Source: Candidatus Poribacteria bacterium
Lineage (GTDB): Bacteria > Poribacteria > WGA-4E > WGA-3G
Length of the DNA: 64,000 bases
Assembly (NCBI GenBank): GCA_965198235.1
Contig: OZ240248.1
Span: forward strand, 384,001-448,000
Direction: 5' to 3'
Part shown: one piece after another, positions 19,020 to 28,465 of the stretch
How positions within the stretch are numbered: position 1 is the stretch's first letter
How the letters are laid out: each line of letters starts with the position of its first letter
Made by a program: the position numbers and the translations under genes
Notes under the pieces: model-generated
Told to the model about the DNA's origin: nothing
The model's database searches: none
The model's input: only the letters and a program-made list of their open reading frames with translations

Positions 19020-20006
19020 TTACCGAGCGGGACCTGGACCGCTGTATTTCCTACCAAACGACAAACTGTGTGCCTCCTCAAAGGGTCGAAACGGCACCAT
19101 ATCCGCTATCTCCTGAAGCCGCTCCAGCACATCCGATGGCAACGGACCGGCTTCAGCAGCACGAACATTCTGTTCAACCTCCTCCACTGACCTCGCCCCC
19201 ACCAACACGGTAGAAATATCGGGATTGGATATGACCATGCGGATACCTGCCTCTGGAAGCGAGAGTTCGAGTTCATCCAAAAACCGGTAGAGTGCTTTGA
19301 ACTGTTCCTGACGAGGACGGCTAAGCCACCATGCCCCTGTCTCCACTTCGGCGTGGCGGCGTGACAATGCTCCTTGTTGTAAGGGAGCACCGATGACAAT
19401 TCCCATATTCTGTCGTTTCGCTTCTGGAAAAATTGAGATTGCCGCTTCACGCCAGAGCAGACTGTAGTTTTGCGCTGCCAGCACCACATCGTAGACACCT
19501 GTTGCCATAATTGCGGGTAGTTGATGTGCGGTCGTGCCGCCTAATCCGGTGAAACGAACAATTCCTTCCTCTTTGAGTTCCGCTAACAACTCACAGACCG
19601 GTCCATCAAATGTCTCGTGGCTTGTCCACCAATCGTATTGTCCGGGACGATCGGGTTCATGCACCATCAAAATATCGATCGTATCCCTTTTCAGCAAGCG
19701 TAGACTCTCTTCAACCGACTGACGCAAGAGTTGTTTATCTTTTGGATCAAAGGGTTGAGGTCTTCCACCGATTTTCGTGGAAAGATAGTGCGGTTGAAGC
19801 ACACCCTCTAAAGCTTCTCCAACGACCTCTTCACTGTTACCGTAGCTCGGTGCGGTATCAACATAATTGACACCGAGTTCCAGAGCCCGACGGATAGCGT
19901 TACGTCCGTCAGCGCGATTCCTACCACCAGCCGTCGAGACAAAGAGTCCACCCATCCCTAAAACGCTCACTTCGAGTCCTGTTCGTCCGAGTATACGTTT
20001 TTCCAT
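19020..20006 (-). CDS. aldo/keto reductase
   Basis: LGRTGLEVS.LG.G, DTAPSYG.SE, STK, LMVH; AAAAGGAG RBS before ATG 20006. Confidence 0.92.
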   Translation of the reverse strand: MEKRILGRTGLEVSVLGMGGLFVSTAGGRNRADGRNAIRRALELGVNYVDTAPSYGNSEEVVGEALEGVLQPHYLSTKIGGRPQPFDPKDKQLLRQSVEESLRLLKRDTIDILMVHEPDRPGQYDWWTSHETFDGPVCELLAELKEEGIVRFTGLGGTTAHQLPAIMATGVYDVVLAAQNYSLLWREAAISIFPEAKRQNMGIVIGAPLQQGALSRRHAEVETGAWWLSRPRQEQFKALYRFLDELELSLPEAGIRMVISNPDISTVLVGARSVEEVEQNVRAAEAGPLPSDVLERLQEIADMVPFRPFEEAHSLSFGRKYSGPGPAR

Positions 20007-20465
20007 GGCTCCTCCTTTTGATGTTTCTGTAGAGTTGGCACGTCTGATAAGACAGAGTTTACAATAGATTCCACAGCGGGTCAACACCAAAATCTGTCCT
20101 TATTGCAAAAACGGGTTGGCGGGGTCAATTTGTTTCATTGCTTTTGCAACCGCGACAAGGTCAACGTTCCTTTCTTCATAGGTCGGGGACCTCCTTTTCG
20201 AGTAATAGACTCTCGTTATAAATTGAGCAATTTATATGCCATCGACTGGAACACTAAATATATCGCTGTATCCAGTCTCAAAACGGATAACTTGCACCAA
20301 AACGGTCAAGTCTACATTCGCGCTGCACCATATAGGGCATCGACACGTCACAAAATTGAAATTTGTTTGACACTGTGCTACAAATATGATAAATTGATAA
20401 TCAACTCTTATTGAAACAATTTCACAGATAAGTTTGAAACCTGTGGTTAACAGGAGGGTAGGCGT

Positions 20466-21251
20466 ATGAGTGATTTACAGTTGCAACAATACCTCTTTGA
20501 CGTGCAAGGCTACCTCGTCATCGAGAATGTCTTGAGTCCAGAAGAGGTTGCAGCGCTCAATCAATGTGTTGACGAGCAACAACTTCCCACGCCGGGAAAG
20601 GTCCAAAGGTTTGGGAGTGCCCCAGATGGCTCCGGGTTTTTGCAGTGGGGGAAACCGCTTTGCGATTTACTCGACTATCCCAAGATTATGCCGATACTTC
20701 AATTCCGTCTGGGCGATTGCTTTCGGCTTGACCGAATTTACGGGATGTATATGCGGGAAGGAATGCCGCGCGGACATCTACATGCCGATTACGGTGCTAC
20801 TTCTCCAACGGCAAGAGCGAAGCCGGGGGAATACTACTCTTTCCGGAATAATGAGATCCACAACGGGTTTGTCGTTGTGACGTGGAACCTTGCAGATACC
20901 GGACCGGATTACGGTGGATTTTGTTGTATTCCGGGGAGCCATAAAGGCAATTTCAAGTTACCGCAACAGATAGCTGAAGCACCCGAAGAGGCACCCTGTG
21001 TCGTCATTCCGGAGGCTCCTGCTGGGTCGGCGATTCTATTCACCGAATCACTGACACACGGCACAGCGGCGTGGAACGGCAAGCATCAACGCAGATCCCT
21101 TTTGTATAAGTATTGTGTTTCACATATCGCATGGACATCGCGGCGTGTTACCCCACCGGAGGATATAGAATTAACAGAGCGTCAAAAGATTCTCTTCCGT
21201 GAACCTGCCGATCCGTATCGTCATTTCCCATCGTTGTTTGACGCAGCATAG
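20466..21251 (+). CDS. phytanoyl-CoA dioxygenase (PhyH) family protein
   Basis: FDVQGYL, LHAD, IPGSHK, LTHG, RRSLLY. Confidence 0.88.
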   Translation: MSDLQLQQYLFDVQGYLVIENVLSPEEVAALNQCVDEQQLPTPGKVQRFGSAPDGSGFLQWGKPLCDLLDYPKIMPILQFRLGDCFRLDRIYGMYMREGMPRGHLHADYGATSPTARAKPGEYYSFRNNEIHNGFVVVTWNLADTGPDYGGFCCIPGSHKGNFKLPQQIAEAPEEAPCVVIPEAPAGSAILFTESLTHGTAAWNGKHQRRSLLYKYCVSHIAWTSRRVTPPEDIELTERQKILFREPADPYRHFPSLFDAA

Positions 21252-21281
21252 TAAAAAACAGAGGTAAACGCGAACACTGAT

Positions 21282-22334
21282 ATGCCAAATTTCACGCAGA
21301 ACCAATTACAGAAAATCACAACTGACATCTTTGAAGCCGCGGGTGTCCCAAGCGATGAAGCAGAGGTTATCGGGGAACTGCTCGTCGCTTCAAACCTCGC
21401 AGGGCATGATTCCCACGGCGTTATCCGCATTCCGCAGTATATTGGACTCATCGAATCCGGGTTAATTCAGCCGGGAGCACCGATAGAGATTGAACGTGAG
21501 TCGGTTTCGCACGCACTCCTCAACGGCAATTGGGGCTTTGGACACGTCATCGCACAGAAAGCGATGTCGCTCGCGATCGAGAAGGCGAAGTCAAGCACTA
21601 TCAGCGCAATCAGTGTCTATAACTGCAACCATATCGGACGTATTGGAAGTTACCCGTTGATGGCAGCTGAAGCCGGTATGGTAGGCATCACGATGGTGAA
21701 TGCGGGTGGAACTGCGCTCTACGTCGCCCCGTTCGGTGGACGAGACGGACGACTCGCAACGAATCCTATTGCTATTGCGACACCGACACGCGAAGGACAT
21801 CCAATTCTGTTGGACATTACGAGTAGTGTTGTGGCACAAGGCAAGATCCGCGTCGCTGTTAATCGTGGGGAGTCTGTGCCACTCGGTTGGCTCATCAACA
21901 ACGAAGGCGAACCGACCCAGGACCCACAAGACTTGATGGAATCTCCGCAGGGTGCGTTGTTACCGCTCGGTGGGATTGCTGGACACAAGGGGTATGCTCT
22001 CGGTCTGATGATTGACATTTTAGGGGGTGCGTTGTCGGGTGCTGGCTGTAGTGGATCCGGGAACACCCGCCTTCAGAACGGGGTCCTGATGATTGCCCTG
22101 GATGTCGCCAATTTTACACCGCTTGATGACTTTTATGAGCACGTTGACGGACTCGTTGCCCACGTGAAAGCCTCACCAACCGCTCCGGGATTCGATGAAA
22201 TTCTGGCTCCGGGAGAAATCGAGGCGCGTCAAACAGAGCATCGTTTGCGCGATGGAATCCCTATTGATGACGAGACATGGCGGCAGATTCAAGAGGCAGC
22301 AGCGGAGGTCGGGATATCCGAACTTGAATTTTGA
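21282..22334 (+). CDS. Ldh_2-family malate/lactate/sulfolactate dehydrogenase
   Basis: GHDSHG, NHIGRIG, TNPIA, LDITSS, GHKGY.L, PGE.E. Confidence 0.92.
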   Translation: MPNFTQNQLQKITTDIFEAAGVPSDEAEVIGELLVASNLAGHDSHGVIRIPQYIGLIESGLIQPGAPIEIERESVSHALLNGNWGFGHVIAQKAMSLAIEKAKSSTISAISVYNCNHIGRIGSYPLMAAEAGMVGITMVNAGGTALYVAPFGGRDGRLATNPIAIATPTREGHPILLDITSSVVAQGKIRVAVNRGESVPLGWLINNEGEPTQDPQDLMESPQGALLPLGGIAGHKGYALGLMIDILGGALSGAGCSGSGNTRLQNGVLMIALDVANFTPLDDFYEHVDGLVAHVKASPTAPGFDEILAPGEIEARQTEHRLRDGIPIDDETWRQIQEAAAEVGISELEF

Positions 22335-22990
22335 GCCAATTGAAGCTGCCTATCCGAACAATCATATTCGATTTTGACTATACGTTGGTAGACTCGGCGC
22401 GGGGCACAATTGACGGTGTCAATTTCGCGTTTGAAAAAATGGGTTTGCCGCTTGCTTCCGATGCCGCGGTTCGTCAGGCAATCGGTTTGTCGCTACCGAA
22501 CATACTGACGGCGTTAGCAGGGGACGCATACACCAAGTGTGTCGATGAATTTACGCGGTTGTTTTTTCAACGCGCTGATGAGACGATGGTTGCGTTGGCG
22601 AAGTTTTATGCCGGGGTGCCACAGACGGTGAAGGCGTTGCGGAGGCTTGGTATCCAACTTGCTATCGTTTCTCAGAAACATCGTCGCTACATTCAGCCGA
22701 TTCTTGCGCGTGAGAATCTATTGGAGGCATTTGAAGTTATCGTTGGTGGTGGGGACGCAGCATATAAGCCGAATCCTGAAGGTTTACTGCTGGCGATTGC
22801 ACAAACAGGTAGTACCCCCCAAAATTGTCTCTACGTCGGGGACAGCGTGACCGATGCCGAAACTGCGCGACGTGCTGGTGTTGCGTTTATTGCTCTGCTG
22901 TCGGGTGTCACACCATACGCAGCTTTTGAGAATTACGATGTTTATGCGGTCCTTGAAGATGTATCTGGTATATTGGGTTTAGAGTTTTGA
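22331..22990 (+). CDS. HAD hydrolase (phosphoglycolate phosphatase-like)
   Basis: FDFDYTL, KPNP, YVGDS..D; 4-bp overlap with the upstream gene. Confidence 0.88.
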   Translation: MSQLKLPIRTIIFDFDYTLVDSARGTIDGVNFAFEKMGLPLASDAAVRQAIGLSLPNILTALAGDAYTKCVDEFTRLFFQRADETMVALAKFYAGVPQTVKALRRLGIQLAIVSQKHRRYIQPILARENLLEAFEVIVGGGDAAYKPNPEGLLLAIAQTGSTPQNCLYVGDSVTDAETARRAGVAFIALLSGVTPYAAFENYDVYAVLEDVSGILGLEF

Positions 22991-23213
22991 CAAAACCTAT
23001 GCCCTGTCTCAGTTGGCAGCCCGGGTGTCTGAGAAAATTTGAGTCTGGAAGTGAAGTATCCGTTCTTTCATCCGCACCGAGTTGGGATTTCGTCCGGTGT
23101 TCAAATGCTTGAAAGCAGCCATTAATTTCACAGAAAAGTGGTACAATGTTCATTGGGAACTTCTTTTGATATTTGACTTTGACTATCAAACAGCAGAGGA
23201 GATAAATCAAGCG

Positions 23214-23486
23214 ATGAAAACGGCAATTTTATCAATCCTCTTCGGGTCTCTACTTGTTTTTTCAGCGAGCGGAGCGTTCCTGCCAGAGGGAAACGGCGAT
23301 TTCACGCCCGGATACGAGGAAGGAACGGATAACCCGGAGAAGAAGGCTGGTCTTGTGTTCATGGATTGGCACGGTCTGAATCCTGACGATTCAGGAAATC
23401 TTGGGACGCTGACTTTTGGGGGTCCGCTTGCTGTTGATGCAGCGGGCAAGTTAACGCTAACGTGGGGACGGTTAAAAAATTTGTAG
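23214..23486 (+). CDS. small secreted protein with C-terminal AVD..GKL..TWG.LK motif
   Basis: GAGGAG RBS, signal peptide, C-terminus LAVDAAGKLTLTWGRLKNL. Confidence 0.7.
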   Translation: MKTAILSILFGSLLVFSASGAFLPEGNGDFTPGYEEGTDNPEKKAGLVFMDWHGLNPDDSGNLGTLTFGGPLAVDAAGKLTLTWGRLKNL

Positions 23487-23595
23487 AGTGTAGCGCGCTA
23501 CACAAACGCCAAATCGGGCTTACAAGGTTGCCCTCCCACGATTTATGAAATAGACTGTAATAGGCATGTGATGTGTACTGTTACTTGTTAGTTAA

Positions 23596-24501
23596 ATGAT
23601 GTCTGAGAAAACGCGAAATCAGGAAGAACTTTTTCTTCAACTGCTGGAGAAGGCAGATAACTTATTGACTCACTTGGGAGGACTCCGGGTTCAATCGTCG
23701 AGTGCGGTGCTTGACGATTACATCGCTTTTCGATGGCGAGCACAGAATGAATCGGGGCATCTTATTCCCGTCAAACATCCGAATCTCGTGGGGCTATCAG
23801 ATTTGATCGGGATAGAAAGGCAGGAGAAGAAACTTGATAGGAACACACGGCAGTTTCTACAGTGCCTGCCTGCCAACCACGTCCTGTTATGGGGGGATCG
23901 CGGCACGGGTAAATCTTCGCTCGTCAAGGGGATGCTGGCACGCTACGCTGACGATGGACTCCGATTAATCGGTGTCAGCAAAGAGGGACTTGTCCATCTC
24001 CAGGAGATTGCTGAGGTACTGTGGGAGCGCCCCGAACGGTATATCCTTTTCTGTGACGATCTCGCCTTCAGCGAAGATGAACCCGAGTATCGTGAGTTGA
24101 AAGCGATGTTAGAGGGTGGGATCTCCGCTTGCCCGGACAACGTCCTTATCTATGCTACCTCGAATCGCCGACACTTGATGCCACGACAGGTACAAGAGAA
24201 CCGATACCCACAGAATGACGAAGATGAGTTGTATCCGCGCGAGGCGACGGAAGAGAAGGTCTCGTTGAGTGACCGTTTTGGGCTGCGTCTCGCTTTTCAT
24301 CGGATTTCACAAGACACCTATTTGCAGATTGTTTCCCATTATGCGCAGAAACACGGGCTATCCGTCCCAACGGAAGCGTTACACCGAGCTGCTTTGGAAT
24401 GGGAGGCTTCCTCAAGCGGACGTTCAGGGCGCGTCGCCTATCAGTTCGTCGTGGATCTCGCTGGGCGATTGGCACTTTTTAATGAGTCACCAAGTGAGTA
24501 G
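23596..24501 (+). CDS. DUF815-family AAA+ ATPase
   Basis: WGDRGTGKSS Walker A, FCDDL Walker B, YATSNRRHL, EKVSLSDRFGL, GRSGR.A.QF. Confidence 0.92.
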   Translation: MMSEKTRNQEELFLQLLEKADNLLTHLGGLRVQSSSAVLDDYIAFRWRAQNESGHLIPVKHPNLVGLSDLIGIERQEKKLDRNTRQFLQCLPANHVLLWGDRGTGKSSLVKGMLARYADDGLRLIGVSKEGLVHLQEIAEVLWERPERYILFCDDLAFSEDEPEYRELKAMLEGGISACPDNVLIYATSNRRHLMPRQVQENRYPQNDEDELYPREATEEKVSLSDRFGLRLAFHRISQDTYLQIVSHYAQKHGLSVPTEALHRAALEWEASSSGRSGRVAYQFVVDLAGRLALFNESPSE

Positions 24502-24741
24502 GAAGAATACAGGAGCGATAACGTCCCCATCTCAGAACCGCTTGCCGCCGTTGTTGGCAGGCTACACGCAGTGGATTTCTGCTGAACGTTCAGCCAACGT
24601 TGGTAAAGATTTGAAAGTCTCCCAACGGGTGGCTTGGATTTAAAACAGGAATGTTTTCACAAAACCTTCCGTAACACACCGTATGGTAAATTATAGTAAA
24701 ATCCACAATTACTTGGACATTACGAGGAGGCGAGGATACTT

Positions 24742-24838
24742 AGGGGAAATCCGCAGGGAAACACCCTATCAAAAACCCCAAGCAATACGCAGAAATACCC
24801 TATCAAAAACACCCCTATCAAAAACACCCTCGCCAGCG
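24742..24838. repeat. dispersed repeat (CCCAAGCAATACGCAGAAATACCC module)
   Basis: Reverse complement of modules at 44940-44990 and 47455-47530. Confidence 0.7.
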
Positions 24839-24907
24839 GTGGTGGGTTCGTTCACTGAACAACTGTCTACATATTTTCGGGCTTTACTATAAAAGATGGA
24901 GATTTTT

Positions 24908-25540
24908 ATGAAAAACCGATTGATGCTCTCTTTAACACTCACGCTCTTCCTGAGCGGTATACTTCTGATACAACCCGCAGATGCCGTGCCGAAAAAAGGC
25001 ACGTTACGGGTCAGTGGCGATAATACCTGGGTTGCATTTGTTAACGGCGAAGAAGTCGCTGCAAGCGGAAACTGGCAAGCTCCGACGGTCAGTGAGTTTA
25101 AACTGGACAAAGGCTTCGCACAGATCGCCGTCTATGTCCACGATGCTGAACCCGGTGCCGCCGGTAGAGGCGGATTCCTCGCCGATATTATTCTTGATGA
25201 TAAGCCGGATTACATCGGAACGGGTGAAGACGGCTGGAGATGTGATACCGGCAAACCTATTGCCGACCGGAAAGATGGCTGGGAAGAGGTCGATTTCGAC
25301 GACAGCAAGTGGGAAGATGAACTCGAAATTTACGAGAAATTCGGGGCAGGCATATGGGGATTCGGTGCCGCACAGATGCGCCAAATTCTCAAAGACCCGG
25401 ATTGTGAAGCGAATTGGGCGTGGTGCGGTCCCAATGATGCCGAAGACGAAATCTATTTCCGATACACCATCGGTACACTTCCCGTTGAACCCCAAGACAA
25501 ACTTGCTACTACGTGGGGTGCTCTGAAGAACGGACGATGA
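24908..25540 (+). CDS. secreted beta-sandwich (lectin-like) protein with C-terminal VEP..KL.TTWG.LK motif
   Basis: Signal peptide, GDN...FVNG, W...DFDDSKW, IYFR; ends PVEPQDKLATTWGALKNGR. Confidence 0.82.
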   Translation: MKNRLMLSLTLTLFLSGILLIQPADAVPKKGTLRVSGDNTWVAFVNGEEVAASGNWQAPTVSEFKLDKGFAQIAVYVHDAEPGAAGRGGFLADIILDDKPDYIGTGEDGWRCDTGKPIADRKDGWEEVDFDDSKWEDELEIYEKFGAGIWGFGAAQMRQILKDPDCEANWAWCGPNDAEDEIYFRYTIGTLPVEPQDKLATTWGALKNGR

Positions 25541-25672
25541 TAGGCCCAATCTCTCACAATGCAAATAGAGACGAGATTTTTGCGTAAACCCTCATTATAG
25601 TGGAACCCAACTCCTCACCTGCGTAGATATTATGAAGAGTTGGGTTTCACCGCGTTCAACCCAACCTACGTG

Positions 25673-26977
25673 CTACAGTGCTTCAATGACCTCTGCGATC
25701 GTCCTGAAGACCGTTTCGATATCCGATTCTTCAAGGCACGAATAAGCCACCCGCAGCTCGGTTTCACCGAGTGAAATTGTGCCGATGCCGTGTTCCTCAA
25801 GAAGCCGCTGCCTCACTTTCTCGGCGTTCCCGGATTTGAGGTTCAGACACGTAAAATAACCCGCATGACTCGGATAGACTTCCCAAAGTTTCGCATACTG
25901 CGGATCAGACGCTACCTCTTTCACCTTCAACGCCCGTGCCTTGAGAATTTCATAGTTTCGTTGTTTTTGCTCGGCATAACCGGGTGCCTTCATCGCTTCA
26001 AGGATAAGCGTTTGAGAGACTTGTGATGCACCGGAGGTATTTGCTCGAATCAGTCCACTGAGTTTCTGTTCAAGCGGTTGCATCTCTGTCTCTCCAAGTC
26101 CAAAACTGATAAATGCCACACGTAGTCCCCACGCATATTCCTCCTTCGTTGCACCGTCTATTTTCACAGGCACTACATTCGGGTGGCATCCGACCAACAA
26201 TCCAAACAGCGATTCGTGCATCACTGATGCGTCATACCACAACCCTGCGTAGGCATCGTCAATCATAACAAGGATACGGCTGCCAGCGTCCGCACGTGCT
26301 ACAATTGCGTCCACAATCTGCTGTGCTTCGGTGCGGTTAATCGCGTAACCAGTGGGGTTGTGTGGGAAATTCAGGAGAATCAGTAATTTTTCGCCAGTCG
26401 TGCTGGTGAGTATTTCACGAAAGCCGTGTGTGTTAAAACCTCTCGCAGTGTTGAAGAACGGGTAGGTTTGAAGGTTCGCCGCTGCTTTGGTTTGGAAGAT
26501 GAGCCGATAGTTTCCCCAAATCTTGTCGGGGAGGATGAGCGTGTCCTCGCTGTCCACGAAAAGGTCGGCGAGTAGACTAAACCCGTGCGTCATTCCACTC
26601 GTCACAATTGGCAGACTCAGTGTTGCCTCGGCGAACGAAGGATTTTCTTCCAAAAGATGTATTTTCCACGCCTCCCGTAATCCGGGTTGACCGAGCACGG
26701 GTGCGTACCCATAGATACTTTCCGATGGTAACTCTGGCACAAGTTCCCGCGAGACTGCGAGGTGCATCATGTCGTCCCCATGTTGTGTAAAGTCTTGCGC
26801 GATTGCGCGGGTGGCATTGAAACGGTGTGCTTTCGCATTCGCCTCTGCCGTTTGGCTTAAGATACCTTTCGGTAGGTAGATGCGTTTTCCTAACTTGGAG
26901 AGTAGTTCAAAAACTGTAGGAGCGGTAGCTCGAATTCGTTCGTTTAATTCAATTGCTATAGGATTTAAGTCTTGCAT
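25673..26977 (-). CDS. aminotransferase class I/II
   Basis: NFPHNPTGY, DDAY, GATKE (PLP Lys), WGLRV. Confidence 0.9.
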   Translation of the reverse strand: MQDLNPIAIELNERIRATAPTVFELLSKLGKRIYLPKGILSQTAEANAKAHRFNATRAIAQDFTQHGDDMMHLAVSRELVPELPSESIYGYAPVLGQPGLREAWKIHLLEENPSFAEATLSLPIVTSGMTHGFSLLADLFVDSEDTLILPDKIWGNYRLIFQTKAAANLQTYPFFNTARGFNTHGFREILTSTTGEKLLILLNFPHNPTGYAINRTEAQQIVDAIVARADAGSRILVMIDDAYAGLWYDASVMHESLFGLLVGCHPNVVPVKIDGATKEEYAWGLRVAFISFGLGETEMQPLEQKLSGLIRANTSGASQVSQTLILEAMKAPGYAEQKQRNYEILKARALKVKEVASDPQYAKLWEVYPSHAGYFTCLNLKSGNAEKVRQRLLEEHGIGTISLGETELRVAYSCLEESDIETVFRTIAEVIEAL

Positions 26978-27307
26978 AGTTTCCAAAGCCGCGGAAAATA
27001 TAATTGTTGAAGAATTGATGACGTTTAAGTATCTAACAAGTCAATAACAGGTGTATGACACACGGCGTTTATAGTCGTGCGATTCATCGCACGTCCAAAA
27101 CCACAATATAATTCATTAAGCACCATTTTCATGGTAGTGCAATCTACCAAACGTTCAGCGTAATTCATTACCAACCTTACTGTAATTGTGGACTGCTACC
27201 AACTTAATGTCAACCATTTTTCGGCAAGACTCGTTATGTATTACATAGAGAAGTGGCGCAAAAATAGTTGAGATAGGCTCAGCAGCACTAATAAAAAGGA
27301 GTCCGTT

Positions 27308-28129
27308 TTGATGAAAACTGAATTTAAAACGCTATACAAATTAAGTGTTGCCCTTATGATGTGCGGGTTGGTGCTCTTTATCTACACCGGCTGCGGTGGT
27401 TATGATGAGGCTGAGGAAGCAGAGGGTACGTATGCTGCGCAAGGCGCATCTTTCGGATTGATCCCTCCGAACGGTGCCGCCTATAACGATGTTTTCTTTA
27501 AGGATTACGGCACAAATCCACTTATTGATACAGAAGATGACCACCTTTCGACATTCGGTATGGATGTTGATACCCTCAACGAAGCAAAACGCGTCTTTGT
27601 TGAGAACCTAACGGGAACATTACAACTTATTGCTAAGGATGCCAAGGTGCAAGTTGACTTCAATCCGCAAGTCGTCAGTCGTTTTCGCCTGCTCGGCTAT
27701 GAAAACCGTCGTCTCGACCATGAGGAATTTCGTGATGACAGGGCAGATGGCGGAGAAGTCGGTGCGGGTCACAGCGTCACTGCACTTTATGAAATTAAAT
27801 TATCTGAAGGTGGAAGAGGACATTTGGCGACTGTCTCTATACGTTACGAGGATCCAGATACCCGTCGTATCTCGGAAATTAACGAGGAAATTTTCACAAC
27901 ACAGTTGAAGAGGACATTCAAATCGGCATCCCCTGAATTTCAACTCGCAGCGACTGTAGCGGAATTCGCAGAAATTCTGCGCGAGAGTTTTTGGGCAAAA
28001 GATGGAAATTTGGCAGCCGTATCGCAAAGCCTTAGAGATATCGCACCGCGTATCCACAATGAACAAGTGGATGAATTCAGGCACATAGTAAGCAGAGCAG
28101 CTCGCTTTAAGGCATTAGATGGTGAATAA
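27308..28129 (+). CDS. YfbK-like lipoprotein lacking its VWA domain (in-frame deletion; possibly a pseudogene)
   Basis: STFGMDVDT joined directly to LNEAKRV...IAKD.K.QV.FNP..RLLGYENR...DGGEVGAGHSVTALYE (DUF3520-like). Confidence 0.75.
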   Translation: MMKTEFKTLYKLSVALMMCGLVLFIYTGCGGYDEAEEAEGTYAAQGASFGLIPPNGAAYNDVFFKDYGTNPLIDTEDDHLSTFGMDVDTLNEAKRVFVENLTGTLQLIAKDAKVQVDFNPQVVSRFRLLGYENRRLDHEEFRDDRADGGEVGAGHSVTALYEIKLSEGGRGHLATVSIRYEDPDTRRISEINEEIFTTQLKRTFKSASPEFQLAATVAEFAEILRESFWAKDGNLAAVSQSLRDIAPRIHNEQVDEFRHIVSRAARFKALDGE

Positions 28130-28172
28130 CCAATAAAGTGAGTGTGTTAATCATTATAGATATCTTAGTTTT

Positions 28173-28292
28173 CGTAGGTTGGGTTGAGCGGTAAAGATTA
28201 AGACCACTGTGTTTATAACGGAGATTCTGCCTTTCCATAAATCGGTGATGTACATAGATATAGCGAAACCCAACAAATCAACCCAACCTACA
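28173..28292. repeat. GTAG-type REP pair (GTAGGTTGGGTTGA ... TCAACCCAACCTAC)
   Basis: Inverted 14-mers; related copy at 25605-25670. Confidence 0.7.
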
Positions 28293-28465
28293 AGTTATGT
28301 CTTTGATATAACTGAAATGAGTTACATTTACATTTTGCAGACAAGTGTGAAAGATAAAATTCCAATCAACAGATATGTATTAGCGCAGTTTGTGCTGTAG
28401 GTGGTTTTACCGAATTTGCGTTTAATAAAACTTCATAACACACTTCCTCGGCAATAGGAGCAAAC

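Noticed and set aside
24755-24830. Three ACCCTATCAAAAAC direct repeats resembling a CRISPR array or iterons
   Set aside because: Repeats are too short and irregularly spaced, with no unique spacers or cas/rep genes; they are the reverse complement of the dispersed repeat at 47455-47530.
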